In this document: piece by piece, positions 32,539-43,211 of the stretch
Layout: each line of letters starts with the position of its first letter
How positions within the stretch are numbered: position 1 is the stretch's first letter
Assembly: GCF_041886205.1 (NCBI RefSeq)
Contig: NZ_CP169029.1
Length of the DNA stretch: 64,000 nt
Strand: one strand, 5' to 3'
Origin: Escherichia coli
Lineage (GTDB): Bacteria; Pseudomonadota; Gammaproteobacteria; Enterobacterales; Enterobacteriaceae
Position numbers and translations under genes: made by a program
The notes under the pieces: generated by a model
Told to the model about the DNA's origin: nothing
Databases searched by the model: none
The model's input: the letters and a program-made list of their open reading frames with translations, nothing else

Positions 32539-33198
32539 ATGACGCAGGATGAATTGAAAAAAGCAGTAGGATGGGCGGCACTTCAGTATGTTCAGCCCGG
32601 CACCATTGTTGGCGTAGGTACAGGTTCCACCGCCGCACACTTTATTGACGCGCTCGGTACAATGAAAGGCCAGATTGAAGGGGCCGTTTCCAGTTCAGAT
32701 GCTTCCACTGAAAAACTGAAAAGCCTCGGCATTCACGTTTTTGATCTCAACGAAGTCGACAGCCTTGGCATCTACGTTGATGGCGCAGATGAAATCAACG
32801 GCCACATGCAAATGATCAAAGGCGGCGGCGCGGCGCTGACCCGTGAAAAAATCATTGCTTCGGTTGCAGAAAAATTTATCTGTATTGCCGACGCCTCCAA
32901 GCAGGTTGATATTCTGGGTAAATTCCCGCTGCCAGTAGAAGTTATCCCGATGGCACGTAGTGCAGTGGCGCGCCAGCTGGTGAAACTGGGCGGTCGTCCG
33001 GAATATCGTCAGGGCGTGGTGACCGATAACGGCAACGTGATCCTCGACGTCCACGGGATGGAAATCCTTGACCCGGTAGCGATGGAAAATGCGATTAATG
33101 CGATTCCGGGCGTGGTGACTGTTGGTCTGTTTGCCAACCGTGGCGCGGATGTCGCGCTGATCGGCACGGCTGATGGCGTTAAAACCATTGTGAAATGA
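32539..33198 (+). CDS. rpiA: Ribose-5-phosphate isomerase A, 219 aa
   Basis: ORF track 32467..33198; ATG at 32539 gives [39 protein letters not shown]. Confidence 0.96.
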   Translation: MTQDELKKAVGWAALQYVQPGTIVGVGTGSTAAHFIDALGTMKGQIEGAVSSSDASTEKLKSLGIHVFDLNEVDSLGIYVDGADEINGHMQMIKGGGAALTREKIIASVAEKFICIADASKQVDILGKFPLPVEVIPMARSAVARQLVKLGGRPEYRQGVVTDNGNVILDVHGMEILDPVAMENAINAIPGVVTVGLFANRGADVALIGTADGVKTIVK

Positions 33199-33452
33199 TC
33201 TGACGGGGGAACCTCCCCCGTTAAAAAAATTCTCTTCATTAAATTTGGTGACATGTGTCACGTTTTTACCCGGCTATTGTCGATTGCTCTAAATAAATCC
33301 TCTAAACCAGCATATTCAACCAAGAAATACCTTTGCGTGATATTTCCTCAACATCGCGACGCAAACGTTCATATTGCCGCAATATTATTTTTTGATATGT
33401 TGAAAGGCGGATGCAAATCCGCACACAACATTTCAAAGACAGGATTGGGTAA

Positions 33453-34685
33453 ATGGCAAAGGTATCGCTGGAGAAAGACAAGATTAAGTTTCTGCTGGTA
33501 GAAGGCGTGCACCAAAAGGCGCTGGAAAGCCTTCGTGCAGCTGGTTACACCAACATCGAATTTCACAAAGGCGCGCTGGATGATGAACAATTAAAAGAAT
33601 CCATCCGCGATGCCCACTTCATCGGCCTGCGATCCCGTACCCATCTGACTGAAGACGTGATCAACGCCGCAGAAAAACTGGTCGCTATTGGCTGTTTCTG
33701 TATCGGAACAAACCAGGTTGATCTGGATGCGGCGGCAAAGCGCGGGATCCCGGTATTTAACGCACCGTTCTCAAATACGCGCTCTGTTGCGGAGCTGGTG
33801 ATTGGCGAACTGCTGCTGCTATTGCGCGGCGTGCCGGAAGCCAATGCTAAAGCGCACCGTGGCGTGTGGAACAAACTGGCGGCGGGTTCTTTTGAAGCGC
33901 GCGGCAAAAAGCTGGGTATCATCGGCTACGGTCATATTGGTACGCAATTGGGCATTCTGGCTGAATCGCTGGGAATGTATGTTTACTTTTATGATATTGA
34001 AAACAAACTGCCGCTGGGCAACGCCACTCAGGTACAGCATCTTTCTGACCTGCTGAATATGAGCGATGTGGTGAGTCTGCATGTACCAGAGAATCCGTCC
34101 ACCAAAAATATGATGGGCGCGAAAGAAATTTCACTAATGAAGCCCGGCTCGCTGCTGATTAATGCTTCGCGCGGTACTGTGGTGGATATTCCGGCGCTGT
34201 GTGATGCGCTGGCGATCAAACATCTGGCGGGGGCGGCAATCGACGTATTCCCGACGGAACCGGCGACCAATAGCGATCCATTTACCTCTCCACTGTGTGA
34301 ATTCGACAACGTCCTTCTGACGCCACACATTGGCGGTTCGACTCAGGAAGCGCAGGAGAATATCGGCCTGGAAGTTGCGGGTAAATTGATCAAGTATTCT
34401 GACAATGGCTCAACGCTCTCTGCGGTGAACTTCCCGGAAGTCTCGCTGCCACTGCATGGTGGTCGTCGTCTGATGCACATTCACGAAAACCGTCCGGGCG
34501 TGCTAACTGCGCTGAACAAAATCTTCGCCGAGCAGGGCGTCAACATCGCCGCGCAATATCTACAAACTTCCGCCCAGATGGGTTATGTAGTTATTGATAT
34601 TGAAGCTGACGAAGACGTTGCCGAAAAAGCGCTGCAGGCAATGAAAGCTATTCCGGGTACCATTCGCGCCCGTCTGCTGTACTAA
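33453..34685 (+). CDS. serA: D-3-phosphoglycerate dehydrogenase, 410 aa
   Basis: ORF track 33453..34685; MAKVSLEKDKIKFLLVEGVHQKALESLRAAGYTNIEFHKGALDDEQL... Confidence 0.97.
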   Translation: MAKVSLEKDKIKFLLVEGVHQKALESLRAAGYTNIEFHKGALDDEQLKESIRDAHFIGLRSRTHLTEDVINAAEKLVAIGCFCIGTNQVDLDAAAKRGIPVFNAPFSNTRSVAELVIGELLLLLRGVPEANAKAHRGVWNKLAAGSFEARGKKLGIIGYGHIGTQLGILAESLGMYVYFYDIENKLPLGNATQVQHLSDLLNMSDVVSLHVPENPSTKNMMGAKEISLMKPGSLLINASRGTVVDIPALCDALAIKHLAGAAIDVFPTEPATNSDPFTSPLCEFDNVLLTPHIGGSTQEAQENIGLEVAGKLIKYSDNGSTLSAVNFPEVSLPLHGGRRLMHIHENRPGVLTALNKIFAEQGVNIAAQYLQTSAQMGYVVIDIEADEDVAEKALQAMKAIPGTIRARLLY

Positions 34686-34704
34686 TTCCCCTTCTCTGAA
34701 AATT

Positions 34705-34737
34705 AACGGGCAGGTCACTGACTTGCCCGTTTTTTTA
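34705..34737 (+). terminator. Rho-independent terminator of serA
   Basis: acgggcaggtc-actgac-ttgcccgt followed by ttttttt. Confidence 0.85.
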
Positions 34738-34864
34738 TCCCTTCTCCACACCGTTGCCGCGTTGCGCATTCTACTTTGCGAGTCTGCTCCAGAAAATAAA
34801 TCAAAGTCAGATCAATGCGTTGTGTTTATTTAATGGGGATTTACGATGGCGGGACAGCATGGGG

Positions 34865-35010
34865 CTGTAACGGTAAAGCCCTCACCGAAGCGAGGGCTTA
34901 AAGGAGAAGGGTTATGATGCGACTTGTCATCATACTGATTGTACTGTTACTGATAAGTTTCGGAGCTTATTAACAGTCAGTCTCAGGGGAGGAGTCATCC
35001 TCCCTTACCC
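34865..35010 (-). ncRNA. sibC: Sib antisense sRNA, copy 1 (approximate ends)
   Basis: Sib antitoxin RNAs are encoded opposite to and fully overlapping ibs; a minus-strand hairpin plus short U-tract (rc of 34877-34898) marks a probable 3' end. Ends are inferred, not mapped. Confidence 0.5.
34914..34973 (+). CDS. ibsC: Ibs-family type I toxin, 19 aa (MMRLVIILIVLLLISFGAY)
   Basis: ATG ATG CGA CTT GTC ATC ATA CTG ATT GTA CTG TTA CTG ATA AGT TTC GGA GCT TAT TAA; RBS aaggagaagggtt upstream; matches the Ibs hydrophobic toxin pattern. Confidence 0.8.
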   Translation: MMRLVIILIVLLLISFGAY

Positions 35011-35255
35011 TTACTCACTAAATTAGGTCAAAGAATCAACGATGTCAATCAGGGCGATGCGGGGTGCATCGCCCTGAACCGATCATTTGATAGACCCTTC
35101 ATCGCCCACGTTTACTGCCGTAATAGATCCTTTTTCCCAAAAATTATCTCTGTTTTGCATGGGGTTTTTCGAGCACGCTCGAAGAAAAGATTTAAAGGTA
35201 GATCAATGCGTTGTGGTTATTTAAAGAGAGCTTACGATAGCTGGGCAGCATGGGG

Positions 35256-35400
35256 CTGTAACGGTAAAGCCCTCACCGAAGCGAGGGCTTGAAGGAGAAG
35301 GGTTATGATGCGACTTGCCATCATACTGATTGTACTGTTACTCATAAGTTTCCCAGCTTATTAACAGTCAGTCACAGGGGAGGAGCAATCCTCCCTTACC
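35256..35400 (-). ncRNA. Sib antisense sRNA, copy 2 (approximate ends)
   Basis: Second repeat unit, same architecture as copy 1 shifted by 391 bp. Confidence 0.5.
35305..35364 (+). CDS. Ibs-family type I toxin, second copy, 19 aa (MMRLAIILIVLLLISFPAY)
   Basis: Same frame and RBS as copy 1; differs at 2 residues (V5A, G17P). Confidence 0.8.
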   Translation: MMRLAIILIVLLLISFPAY

Positions 35401-35464
35401 CTTACTCACTAAATTAGGTTAAAGAATCAACGATGTCAATCAGGGCGATGCAGGTGTGTCGCCC

Positions 35465-36013
35465 TCACCACTCCCAGACTTTCGACGGTGTAACCACCGC
35501 AGGAAGAGGGATATCCCACTCTTCAACGGGGAGTTTTTCCACCAACTGACAATCATGCGCATAACCCACCGGTTGCATTTTATAGTGCTGCCAGTTTTGT
35601 AAGGTCCGATCATAAAAACCACCGCCCATTCCCAGGCGCTGGCCGTACTCATCAAAGGCGACCAGCGGTGTGATCAACACGTCTAATCGGGAAAGGGGTA
35701 GCACGTCACGCACATCCAGTTTTGGCTCATGGATCTTCAACCTGTTCATCACCAGTTCGCTTTGCGGATGGTAATTCAGGAACAGCAAATTACCGGCACT
35801 AAAGGGATGCAAAACTGGAAGATATACGCGCTTACCGGCGCGCCAGAGTTGTTCTATGAGTGGCTGGGTGTCGAGTTCGCCATCAAAAGAGAGGAATACA
35901 GCGACCGTATGTGCCATCACCACCGGGGGATAAGTCATCATCCGGGTAGCGGCTTGTTGACCCATTTCCTGCTGTTGTTCCGGCGTTAACGTACGACGAC
36001 GTTGCCGAATCAT
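35465..36013 (-). CDS. ygfA: 5-formyltetrahydrofolate cyclo-ligase family protein, 182 aa
   Basis: ORF track 35465..36211 over-extends into ssrS; ATG at rc 36011-36013 gives MIRQRRRTLTPEQQQEMGQQAATRMM; lies directly downstream of 6S RNA on the same strand. Confidence 0.9.
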   Translation of the reverse strand: MIRQRRRTLTPEQQQEMGQQAATRMMTYPPVVMAHTVAVFLSFDGELDTQPLIEQLWRAGKRVYLPVLHPFSAGNLLFLNYHPQSELVMNRLKIHEPKLDVRDVLPLSRLDVLITPLVAFDEYGQRLGMGGGFYDRTLQNWQHYKMQPVGYAHDCQLVEKLPVEEWDIPLPAVVTPSKVWEW

Positions 36014-36085
36014 TTTGCGGATTTCTTGTCGGGATAATGTCAGTGGGAGTTCTGGTAGTTGCGTCATGGCTGGTGCCAGATAAGA

Positions 36086-36271
36086 AGGGAATCTCCGAGA
36101 TGCCGCCGCAGGCTGTAACCCTTGAACCCTTGGTTCAAGGTGAATGTGTCGTCGCAGTTTTAAGGCTTCTCGGACGGACCGAGCATGCTCACCAACCGCG
36201 GAGCGCCACATTCTTGTGGTATGAAATATCGGCTCAGGGGACTGGCCCGCTTGCGAACATCTCAGAGAAAT
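36086..36271 (-). ncRNA. ssrS: 6S RNA (SsrS), RNA polymerase-sigma70 regulatory RNA
   Basis: Reverse complement of 36086-36271 reads AUUUCUCUGAGAUGUUCGCAAGCGGGCCAGUCCCCUGAGCCGAUAUUUCAUACCACAAGAAUGUGGCGCUCCGCGG...GGAGAUUCCCU, which matches the E. coli 6S RNA sequence as recalled. Confidence 0.95.
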
Positions 36272-36312
36272 TTTGTCTTCACGGTTACTCTACCACAGTA
36301 AACCGAAAAGTG

Positions 36313-36708
<396 letters not shown>

Positions 36709-36809
36709 CTATAGCTACCCTGATGAGAAGAGACAAGCCCTTTTCTGGTCCACCAGGGCCCAAAGTGGTAGCATATCATGAATATTCCTCCCTTTGACGA
36801 CGAATGCTT

Positions 36810-37388
36810 ATGTCTATACAGAACGAAATGCCTGGTTACAACGAAATGAACCAGTATCTGAACCAACAAGGGACGGGTCTGACCCCTGCTGAGATGCATG
36901 GTTTAATCAGTGGGATGATATGTGGCGGTAACGATGACAGCTCATGGCTACCGCTACTTCACGACCTGACGAACGAAGGCATGGCTTTCGGTCATGAGCT
37001 GGCACAGGCACTGCGTAAAATGCACTCTGCCACCAGCGATGCCCTGCAGGATGACGGCTTCCTTTTTCAGCTTTATCTGCCTGATGGCGATGATGTCAGC
37101 GTTTTCGATCGGGCTGATGCATTGGCAGGTTGGGTTAATCACTTCCTGCTTGGTCTTGGCGTTACGCAACCGAAGCTGGATAAAGTGACCGGCGAAACCG
37201 GTGAAGCTATCGACGATCTGCGTAACATTGCGCAACTGGGTTACGACGAAGACGAAGATCAGGAAGAGCTTGAAATGTCGCTTGAAGAGATCATCGAATA
37301 CGTTCGTGTTGCCGCGCTGTTATGCCACGACACCTTTACTCATCCGCAACCGACCGCGCTAGAAGTACAAAAACCGACTCTACACTAA
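36810..37388 (+). CDS. ygfB: UPF0149 family protein YgfB, 192 aa
   Basis: ORF track 36804..37388; the second ATG (36810) gives [17 protein letters not shown]; either start is possible. Confidence 0.9.
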   Translation: MSIQNEMPGYNEMNQYLNQQGTGLTPAEMHGLISGMICGGNDDSSWLPLLHDLTNEGMAFGHELAQALRKMHSATSDALQDDGFLFQLYLPDGDDVSVFDRADALAGWVNHFLLGLGVTQPKLDKVTGETGEAIDDLRNIAQLGYDEDEDQEELEMSLEEIIEYVRVAALLCHDTFTHPQPTALEVQKPTLH

Positions 37389-37413
37389 AAACAAAAAACG
37401 TAAGGAGAGTGTT

Positions 37414-38739
37414 ATGAGTGAGATATCCCGGCAAGAGTTTCAGCGTCGCCGTCAGGCCCTGGTGGAGCAAATGCAACCCGGCAGCGCCGCGCTGATTTTT
37501 GCTGCACCAGAAGTAACACGTAGCGCCGACAGCGAATACCCCTATCGTCAGAACAGTGACTTCTGGTACTTCACCGGCTTTAACGAACCGGAAGCGGTGC
37601 TGGTGCTGATTAAAAGCGATGACACTCATAACCACAGCGTTCTGTTTAACCGCGTTCGCGACCTGACGGCGGAGATCTGGTTTGGCCGTCGCTTAGGCCA
37701 GGATGCCGCGCCAGAGAAACTGGGCGTTGACCGCGCACTGGCATTCAGCGAAATCAATCAGCAACTTTATCAACTACTTAACGGCCTGGATGTGGTTTAC
37801 CATGCCCAGGGCGAATATGCATATGCTGATGAAATCGTGAACAGTGCGCTGGAAAAACTGCGTAAAGGTTCGCGGCAAAATCTCACCGCACCGGCAACGA
37901 TGATCGACTGGCGTCCTGTTGTTCATGAAATGCGCCTGTTCAAATCGCCAGAAGAGATTGCCGTACTCCGCCGCGCGGGAGAAATCACCGCCATGGCACA
38001 TACCCGGGCGATGGAAAAATGCCGTCCGGGAATGTTCGAGTACCATCTGGAAGGCGAAATTCACCACGAATTTAACCGCCACGGTGCGCGCTATCCGTCC
38101 TATAACACCATTGTCGGCAGCGGTGAAAACGGCTGCATTCTGCACTACACCGAAAACGAGTGTGAAATGCGCGACGGCGACCTAGTGTTGATTGACGCGG
38201 GTTGTGAATACAAAGGTTACGCTGGCGATATTACCCGCACCTTCCCGGTCAACGGCAAATTCACTCAGGCTCAGCGTGAAATCTACGACATTGTGCTGGA
38301 GTCTCTCGAAACCAGCCTGCGCCTGTATCGTCCGGGAACTTCCATTCAGGAAGTCACCGGTGAAGTGGTGCGCATCATGGTTAGCGGCCTGGTAAAACTC
38401 GGCATCCTGAAAGGTGATGTTGATGAACTGATCGCTCAGAACGCCCATCGTCCTTTCTTTATGCATGGCCTTAGCCACTGGTTAGGACTGGATGTCCATG
38501 ACGTGGGTGTTTATGGTCAGGATCGCTCGCGCATTCTGGAACCGGGCATGGTACTGACCGTAGAGCCAGGGCTGTATATTGCGCCGGATGCAGAAGTGCC
38601 AGAACAATATCGCGGTATCGGCATTCGTATTGAAGACGACATTGTGATTACCGAAACCGGCAACGAAAACCTCACCGCCAGCGTGGTGAAAAAGCCGGAA
38701 GAAATCGAAGCGTTGATGGCAGCTGCGAGAAAGCAATGA
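37414..38739 (+). CDS. pepP: Xaa-Pro aminopeptidase (aminopeptidase P II), 441 aa
   Basis: ORF track 37414..38739; M24 metallopeptidase motifs (HGLSHWLGLDVHD). Confidence 0.96.
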   Translation: MSEISRQEFQRRRQALVEQMQPGSAALIFAAPEVTRSADSEYPYRQNSDFWYFTGFNEPEAVLVLIKSDDTHNHSVLFNRVRDLTAEIWFGRRLGQDAAPEKLGVDRALAFSEINQQLYQLLNGLDVVYHAQGEYAYADEIVNSALEKLRKGSRQNLTAPATMIDWRPVVHEMRLFKSPEEIAVLRRAGEITAMAHTRAMEKCRPGMFEYHLEGEIHHEFNRHGARYPSYNTIVGSGENGCILHYTENECEMRDGDLVLIDAGCEYKGYAGDITRTFPVNGKFTQAQREIYDIVLESLETSLRLYRPGTSIQEVTGEVVRIMVSGLVKLGILKGDVDELIAQNAHRPFFMHGLSHWLGLDVHDVGVYGQDRSRILEPGMVLTVEPGLYIAPDAEVPEQYRGIGIRIEDDIVITETGNENLTASVVKKPEEIEALMAAARKQ

Positions 38740-39914
38740 GCGTAATCATCGTCGGTGGCGGCATGGCGGGCGCGACGCTGGCGCTGGCTATTTCCCGGTT
38801 AAGTCACGGGGCGCTGCCGGTACATTTGATTGAAGCGACCGCGCCAGAGTCACATGCTCATCCGGGCTTTGATGGACGAGCGATTGCGCTGGCGGCGGGT
38901 ACCTGTCAGCAACTGGCGCGCATCGGCGTCTGGCAATCTCTGGCGGATTGCGCAACCGCCATCACTACCGTGCATGTCAGCGATCGTGGTCATGCCGGAT
39001 TCGTCACCCTCGCCGCAGAAGATTACCAACTGGCGGCGCTGGGGCAGGTTGTCGAATTGCACAATGTCGGGCAACGGCTGTTTGCATTGCTGCGCAAAGT
39101 ACCTGGCGTAACGCTGCATTGCCCTGATCGCGTGGCTAACGTTGCCCGTACTCAGAGTCAAGTTGAAGTGACGCTGGAGAGTGGCGAGACGCTGACGGGC
39201 CGCGTGCTGGTAGCCGCTGATGGCACCCATTCAGCGTTAGCCACTGTGTGCGGCGTTGACTGGCAGCAGGAGCCTTACGAACAACTGGCAGTGATTGCCA
39301 ACGTTGCGACTTCTGTTGCGCACGAAGGCCGCGCTTTTGAACGCTTCACGCAACATGGCCCGCTGGCGATGTTGCCGATGTCTGATGGACGCTGTTCGCT
39401 GGTCTGGTGTCATCCACTGGAACGGCGCGAAGAGGTGCTGTCGTGGAGTGACGAGAAGTTTTGCCGTGAGCTCCAGTCGGCCTTTGGCTGGCGACTTGGA
39501 AAAATTACCCACGCCGGTAAACGCAGTGCTTATCCGCTGGCGTTAACCCGCGCCGCCAGAGCTATTACCCATCGTACCGTGCTGGTGGGCAATGCGGGGC
39601 AAACCCTGCACCCGATTGCCGGGCAAGGGTTCAACCTCGGTATGCGAGATGTGATGAGTCTTGCGGAAACCCTGACTCAGGCGCAGGAGCGCGGAGAAGA
39701 CATGGGGGATTACGGCGTATTGTGCCGTTATCAGCAGCGTCGACAGAGCGATCGCGAAGCAACCATTGGCGTCACGGACAGCCTGGTACATCTTTTTGCC
39801 AACCGTTGGACGCCATTGGTTGTCGGGCGCAACATCGGGCTGATGACGATGGAATTATTCACCCCGGCACGCGATGTGCTGGCGCAGCGCACCCTCGGTT
39901 GGGTGGCGCGTTGA
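38736..39914 (+). CDS. ubiH: 2-octaprenyl-6-methoxyphenol hydroxylase (FAD-dependent), 392 aa
   Basis: ORF track 38736..39914; FAD-binding GxGxxG (MSVIIVGGGMAGATLALAI); start overlaps the pepP stop (ATGA). Confidence 0.96.
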   Translation: MSVIIVGGGMAGATLALAISRLSHGALPVHLIEATAPESHAHPGFDGRAIALAAGTCQQLARIGVWQSLADCATAITTVHVSDRGHAGFVTLAAEDYQLAALGQVVELHNVGQRLFALLRKVPGVTLHCPDRVANVARTQSQVEVTLESGETLTGRVLVAADGTHSALATVCGVDWQQEPYEQLAVIANVATSVAHEGRAFERFTQHGPLAMLPMSDGRCSLVWCHPLERREEVLSWSDEKFCRELQSAFGWRLGKITHAGKRSAYPLALTRAARAITHRTVLVGNAGQTLHPIAGQGFNLGMRDVMSLAETLTQAQERGEDMGDYGVLCRYQQRRQSDREATIGVTDSLVHLFANRWTPLVVGRNIGLMTMELFTPARDVLAQRTLGWVAR

Positions 39915-39936
39915 AGGCGGTTTTAAGGAATAAACA

Positions 39937-41139
39937 ATGCAAAGTGTTGATGTAGCCATTGTTGGCGGCGGCATGGTGGGGCTGGCGGTTGCCTGCGGCT
40001 TACAGGGTAGCGGCTTACGCGTTGCCGTACTGGAGCAGCGCGTACCGGAACCTCTGGCGGCGGATGCACCACCACAACTGCGCGTTTCGGCTATCAATGC
40101 CGCCAGCGAAAAATTACTCACCCGTCTTGGCGTCTGGCAGGACATTCTCTCTCGTAGGGCCAGTTGTTATCACGGTATGGAAGTGTGGGACAAAGACAGT
40201 TTTGGTCACATTTCGTTTGACGATCAAAGCATGGGCTATAGCCATCTTGGGCATATCGTTGAAAACTCAGTGATTCACTACGCGCTGTGGAACAAAGCGC
40301 AGCAGTCGTCAGATACCACTCTGTTGGCCCCCGCAGAATTACAGCAGGTCGCCTGGGGAGAAAACGAAACCTTCCTGACGCTGAAAGATGGCAGTATGTT
40401 AACGGCGCGTCTGGTGATTGGCGCGGACGGCGCTAATTCCTGGTTGCGCAACAAAGCCGATATTCCGCTGACTTTCTGGGATTATCAGCATCACGCGCTG
40501 GTAGCGACCATTCGCACGGAAGAACCGCATGATGCGGTGGCGCGGCAGGTTTTCCATGGCGAAGGCATTCTGGCCTTTTTACCGCTTAGCGATCCGCATC
40601 TTTGCTCGATTGTCTGGTCACTGTCGCCAGAGGAAGCGCAGCGTATGCAGCAGGCAGGGGAAGACGAATTTAATCGCGCGTTAAATATCGCTTTTGATAA
40701 TCGCCTGGGCTTATGCAAGGTTGAGAGCGCGCGTCAGGTGTTCCCACTGACGGGGCGTTATGCGCGCCAGTTTGCCGCGCACCGTCTGGCGCTGGTGGGC
40801 GACGCCGCGCATACCATTCACCCGCTGGCGGGGCAGGGGGTAAATCTCGGCTTTATGGATGCTGCAGAGCTGGTTGCTGAACTGAAACGGTTGCATCGTC
40901 AGGGTAAAGACATCGGGCAGTACATTTATCTGCGTCGCTATGAGCGTAGCCGCAAGCACAGTGCGGCGATGATGCTGGCTGGTATGCAGGGATTCCGCGA
41001 TCTGTTTTCCGGTACCAATCCGGCGAAAAAACTGCTGCGTGATATTGGTTTGAAACTGGCCGACACGCTTCCTGGCGTTAAGCCGCAACTTATCCGCCAG
41101 GCGATGGGATTAAACGATTTGCCTGAATGGCTGCGTTAA
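39937..41139 (+). CDS. ubiI: 2-octaprenylphenol hydroxylase UbiI (VisC), 400 aa
   Basis: ORF track 39937..41139; MQSVDVAIVGGGMVGLAVACGL; paralog of UbiH. Confidence 0.95.
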   Translation: MQSVDVAIVGGGMVGLAVACGLQGSGLRVAVLEQRVPEPLAADAPPQLRVSAINAASEKLLTRLGVWQDILSRRASCYHGMEVWDKDSFGHISFDDQSMGYSHLGHIVENSVIHYALWNKAQQSSDTTLLAPAELQQVAWGENETFLTLKDGSMLTARLVIGADGANSWLRNKADIPLTFWDYQHHALVATIRTEEPHDAVARQVFHGEGILAFLPLSDPHLCSIVWSLSPEEAQRMQQAGEDEFNRALNIAFDNRLGLCKVESARQVFPLTGRYARQFAAHRLALVGDAAHTIHPLAGQGVNLGFMDAAELVAELKRLHRQGKDIGQYIYLRRYERSRKHSAAMMLAGMQGFRDLFSGTNPAKKLLRDIGLKLADTLPGVKPQLIRQAMGLNDLPEWLR

Positions 41140-41180
41140 AAATTTCTCTTCTGCTGTTTATTTGATACCCATCACACTTT

Positions 41181-41212
41181 CATCTCCCGGTTTTTTCGCC
41201 GGGAGATTTTCC
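41181..41212 (+). terminator. Rho-independent terminator downstream of ubiI
   Basis: tctcccgg-ttttttcg-ccgggaga followed by ttttcc. Confidence 0.8.
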
Positions 41213-41586
41213 TCATTTGAAATAAACTAATTTCACCTCCGTTTTCGCATTATATTTTCTAATGTCACGAATTTTTGATTTAGTGTTTTTTGACATTTTT
41301 TCAGCTCTTAATGTTGCCTTATTCAAATTAACTTTCTCATCACATCATCTTTATATAGAAACTGGTGTATTTTTTGGTTTTTTATTCTGTTGCGGTTTTG
41401 GCGTTTTTTAACCATAAGCTAATGTGATGATCAATTTTACCTTATGGTTAACAGTCTGTTTCGGTGGTAAGTTCAGGCAAAAGAGAACGATTGCGTTGGG
41501 GACCGGGAGTGGCTCTGATGCTGGGTTTCGTGGTGATAATTTCACCATGAAAAAGTTGTCAGCCCCGCTTATTCAATGAGGACAAG

Positions 41587-42681
41587 ATGGCACAACAGAC
41601 TCCTTTGTACGAACAACACACGCTTTGCGGCGCTCGCATGGTGGATTTCCACGGCTGGATGATGCCGCTGCATTACGGTTCGCAAATCGACGAACATCAT
41701 GCGGTACGTACCGATGCCGGAATGTTTGATGTGTCACATATGACCATCGTCGATCTTCGCGGCAGCCGCACCCGGGAGTTTCTGCGTTATCTGCTGGCAA
41801 ACGATGTGGCGAAGCTCACCAAAAGCGGCAAAGCCCTTTACTCGGGGATGTTGAATGCCTCTGGTGGTGTGATAGATGACCTCATCGTCTACTACTTTAC
41901 TGAAGATTTCTTCCGCCTCGTTGTTAACTCCGCCACCCGCGAAAAAGACCTCTCCTGGATTACCCAACACGCTGAACCTTTCGGCATCGAAATTACCGTT
42001 CGTGATGACCTTTCCATGATTGCCGTACAAGGGCCGAATGCGCAGGCAAAAGCTGCCACACTGTTTAATGACGCCCAGCGTCAGGCGGTGGAAGGGATGA
42101 AACCGTTCTTTGGCGTGCAGGCGGGCGATCTGTTTATTGCCACCACTGGTTATACCGGTGAAGCGGGCTATGAAATTGCGCTGCCCAATGAAAAAGCGGC
42201 CGATTTCTGGCGTGCGCTGGTGGAAGCGGGCGTTAAGCCATGCGGCCTGGGCGCGCGTGACACGCTGCGTCTGGAAGCGGGTATGAATCTTTATAGTCAG
42301 GAGATGGACGAAACCATCTCTCCTTTAGCCGCCAATATGGGCTGGACTATCGCCTGGGAACCGGCAGATCGTGACTTCATCGGTCGTGAAGCCCTGGAAG
42401 TGCAGCGTGAGCATGGTACAGAAAAACTGGTTGGTCTGGTGATGACCGAAAAAGGCGTGCTGCGTAATGAACTGCCGGTACGCTTTACCGATGCGCAGGG
42501 CAACCAGCATGAAGGCATTATCACCAGCGGTACTTTCTCCCCGACGCTGGGTTACAGCATTGCGCTGGCGCGCGTGCCGGAATGTATTGGCGAAACGGCG
42601 ATTGTGCAAATTCGCAACCGTGAAATGCCGGTTAAAGTGACAAAACCTGTTTTTGTGCGTAACGGCAAAGCCGTCGCGTGA
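41587..42681 (+). CDS. gcvT: Glycine cleavage system T protein (aminomethyltransferase), 364 aa
   Basis: ORF track 41587..42681; [38 protein letters not shown]. Confidence 0.97.
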   Translation: MAQQTPLYEQHTLCGARMVDFHGWMMPLHYGSQIDEHHAVRTDAGMFDVSHMTIVDLRGSRTREFLRYLLANDVAKLTKSGKALYSGMLNASGGVIDDLIVYYFTEDFFRLVVNSATREKDLSWITQHAEPFGIEITVRDDLSMIAVQGPNAQAKAATLFNDAQRQAVEGMKPFFGVQAGDLFIATTGYTGEAGYEIALPNEKAADFWRALVEAGVKPCGLGARDTLRLEAGMNLYSQEMDETISPLAANMGWTIAWEPADRDFIGREALEVQREHGTEKLVGLVMTEKGVLRNELPVRFTDAQGNQHEGIITSGTFSPTLGYSIALARVPECIGETAIVQIRNREMPVKVTKPVFVRNGKAVA

Positions 42682-42704
42682 TTTACTTTTTTGGAGATTG
42701 ATTG

Positions 42705-43094
42705 ATGAGCAACGTACCAGCAGAACTGAAATACAGCAAAGAACACGAATGGCTGCGTAAAGAAGCCGACGGCACTTACACCGTTGGCATCACCGAACAC
42801 GCTCAGGAGCTGTTAGGCGATATGGTGTTTGTTGACCTGCCGGAAGTAGGCGCAACGGTAAGCGCGGGCGATGACTGCGCGGTTGCCGAATCAGTAAAAG
42901 CGGCGTCAGACATTTATGCGCCAGTAAGCGGTGAAATCGTGGCGGTAAACGACGCACTGAGCGATTCCCCGGAACTGGTGAACAGCGAACCGTATGCAGG
43001 CGGCTGGATCTTTAAAATCAAAGCCAGCGATGAAAGCGAACTGGAATCACTGCTGGATGCGACCGCATACGAAGCATTGTTAGAAGACGAGTAA
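42705..43094 (+). CDS. gcvH: Glycine cleavage system H protein (lipoyl carrier), 129 aa
   Basis: ORF track 42702..43094 starts at a TTG; ATG at 42705 gives [20 protein letters not shown]; lipoyl-Lys motif region ESVKAASD. Confidence 0.96.
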
Positions 43095-43103
43095 CGGCTT
43101 TAT

Positions 43104-43175
43104 TCCTCTTCTGCGGGAGAGGATCAGGGTGAGGATATTTACGCCTCACCCTCACTCTCTTCGCAAGGAGAGAGG
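43104..43175. repeat. GC-rich imperfect palindromic intergenic repeat (BoxC-like) between gcvH and gcvP
   Basis: cctcttctgcgggagaggatcagggtgaggatatttacgcctcaccctcactctcttcgcaaggagagagg; shares the motifs gggagagg / agggtgagg / atatttac / cctcaccc with the element after gcvP. Confidence 0.45.
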
Positions 43176-43211
43176 TTCACAATTCACTGCACGTTTCAGG
43201 AACCATCGCTC

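Larger units (their letters stand above)
34795..35460. repeat. Two tandem copies (period 391 bp) of the Ibs/Sib type I toxin-antisense RNA module
   Basis: Direct repeat seen in sequence: atcaatgcgttgtg...gcatggggctgtaacggtaaagccctcaccgaagcgagggctt...atgatgcgactt... recurs with a 391-bp offset (for example ATG at 34914 and at 35305). Confidence 0.85.

Noticed and set aside
33203-33225. Hairpin after rpiA (acggggga-acc-tcccccgt) as a rho-independent terminator
   Set aside because: A strong stem, but it is followed by an A-tract rather than a T-tract on the rpiA strand, so it is not a canonical intrinsic terminator. It may still be a bidirectional or factor-dependent site.
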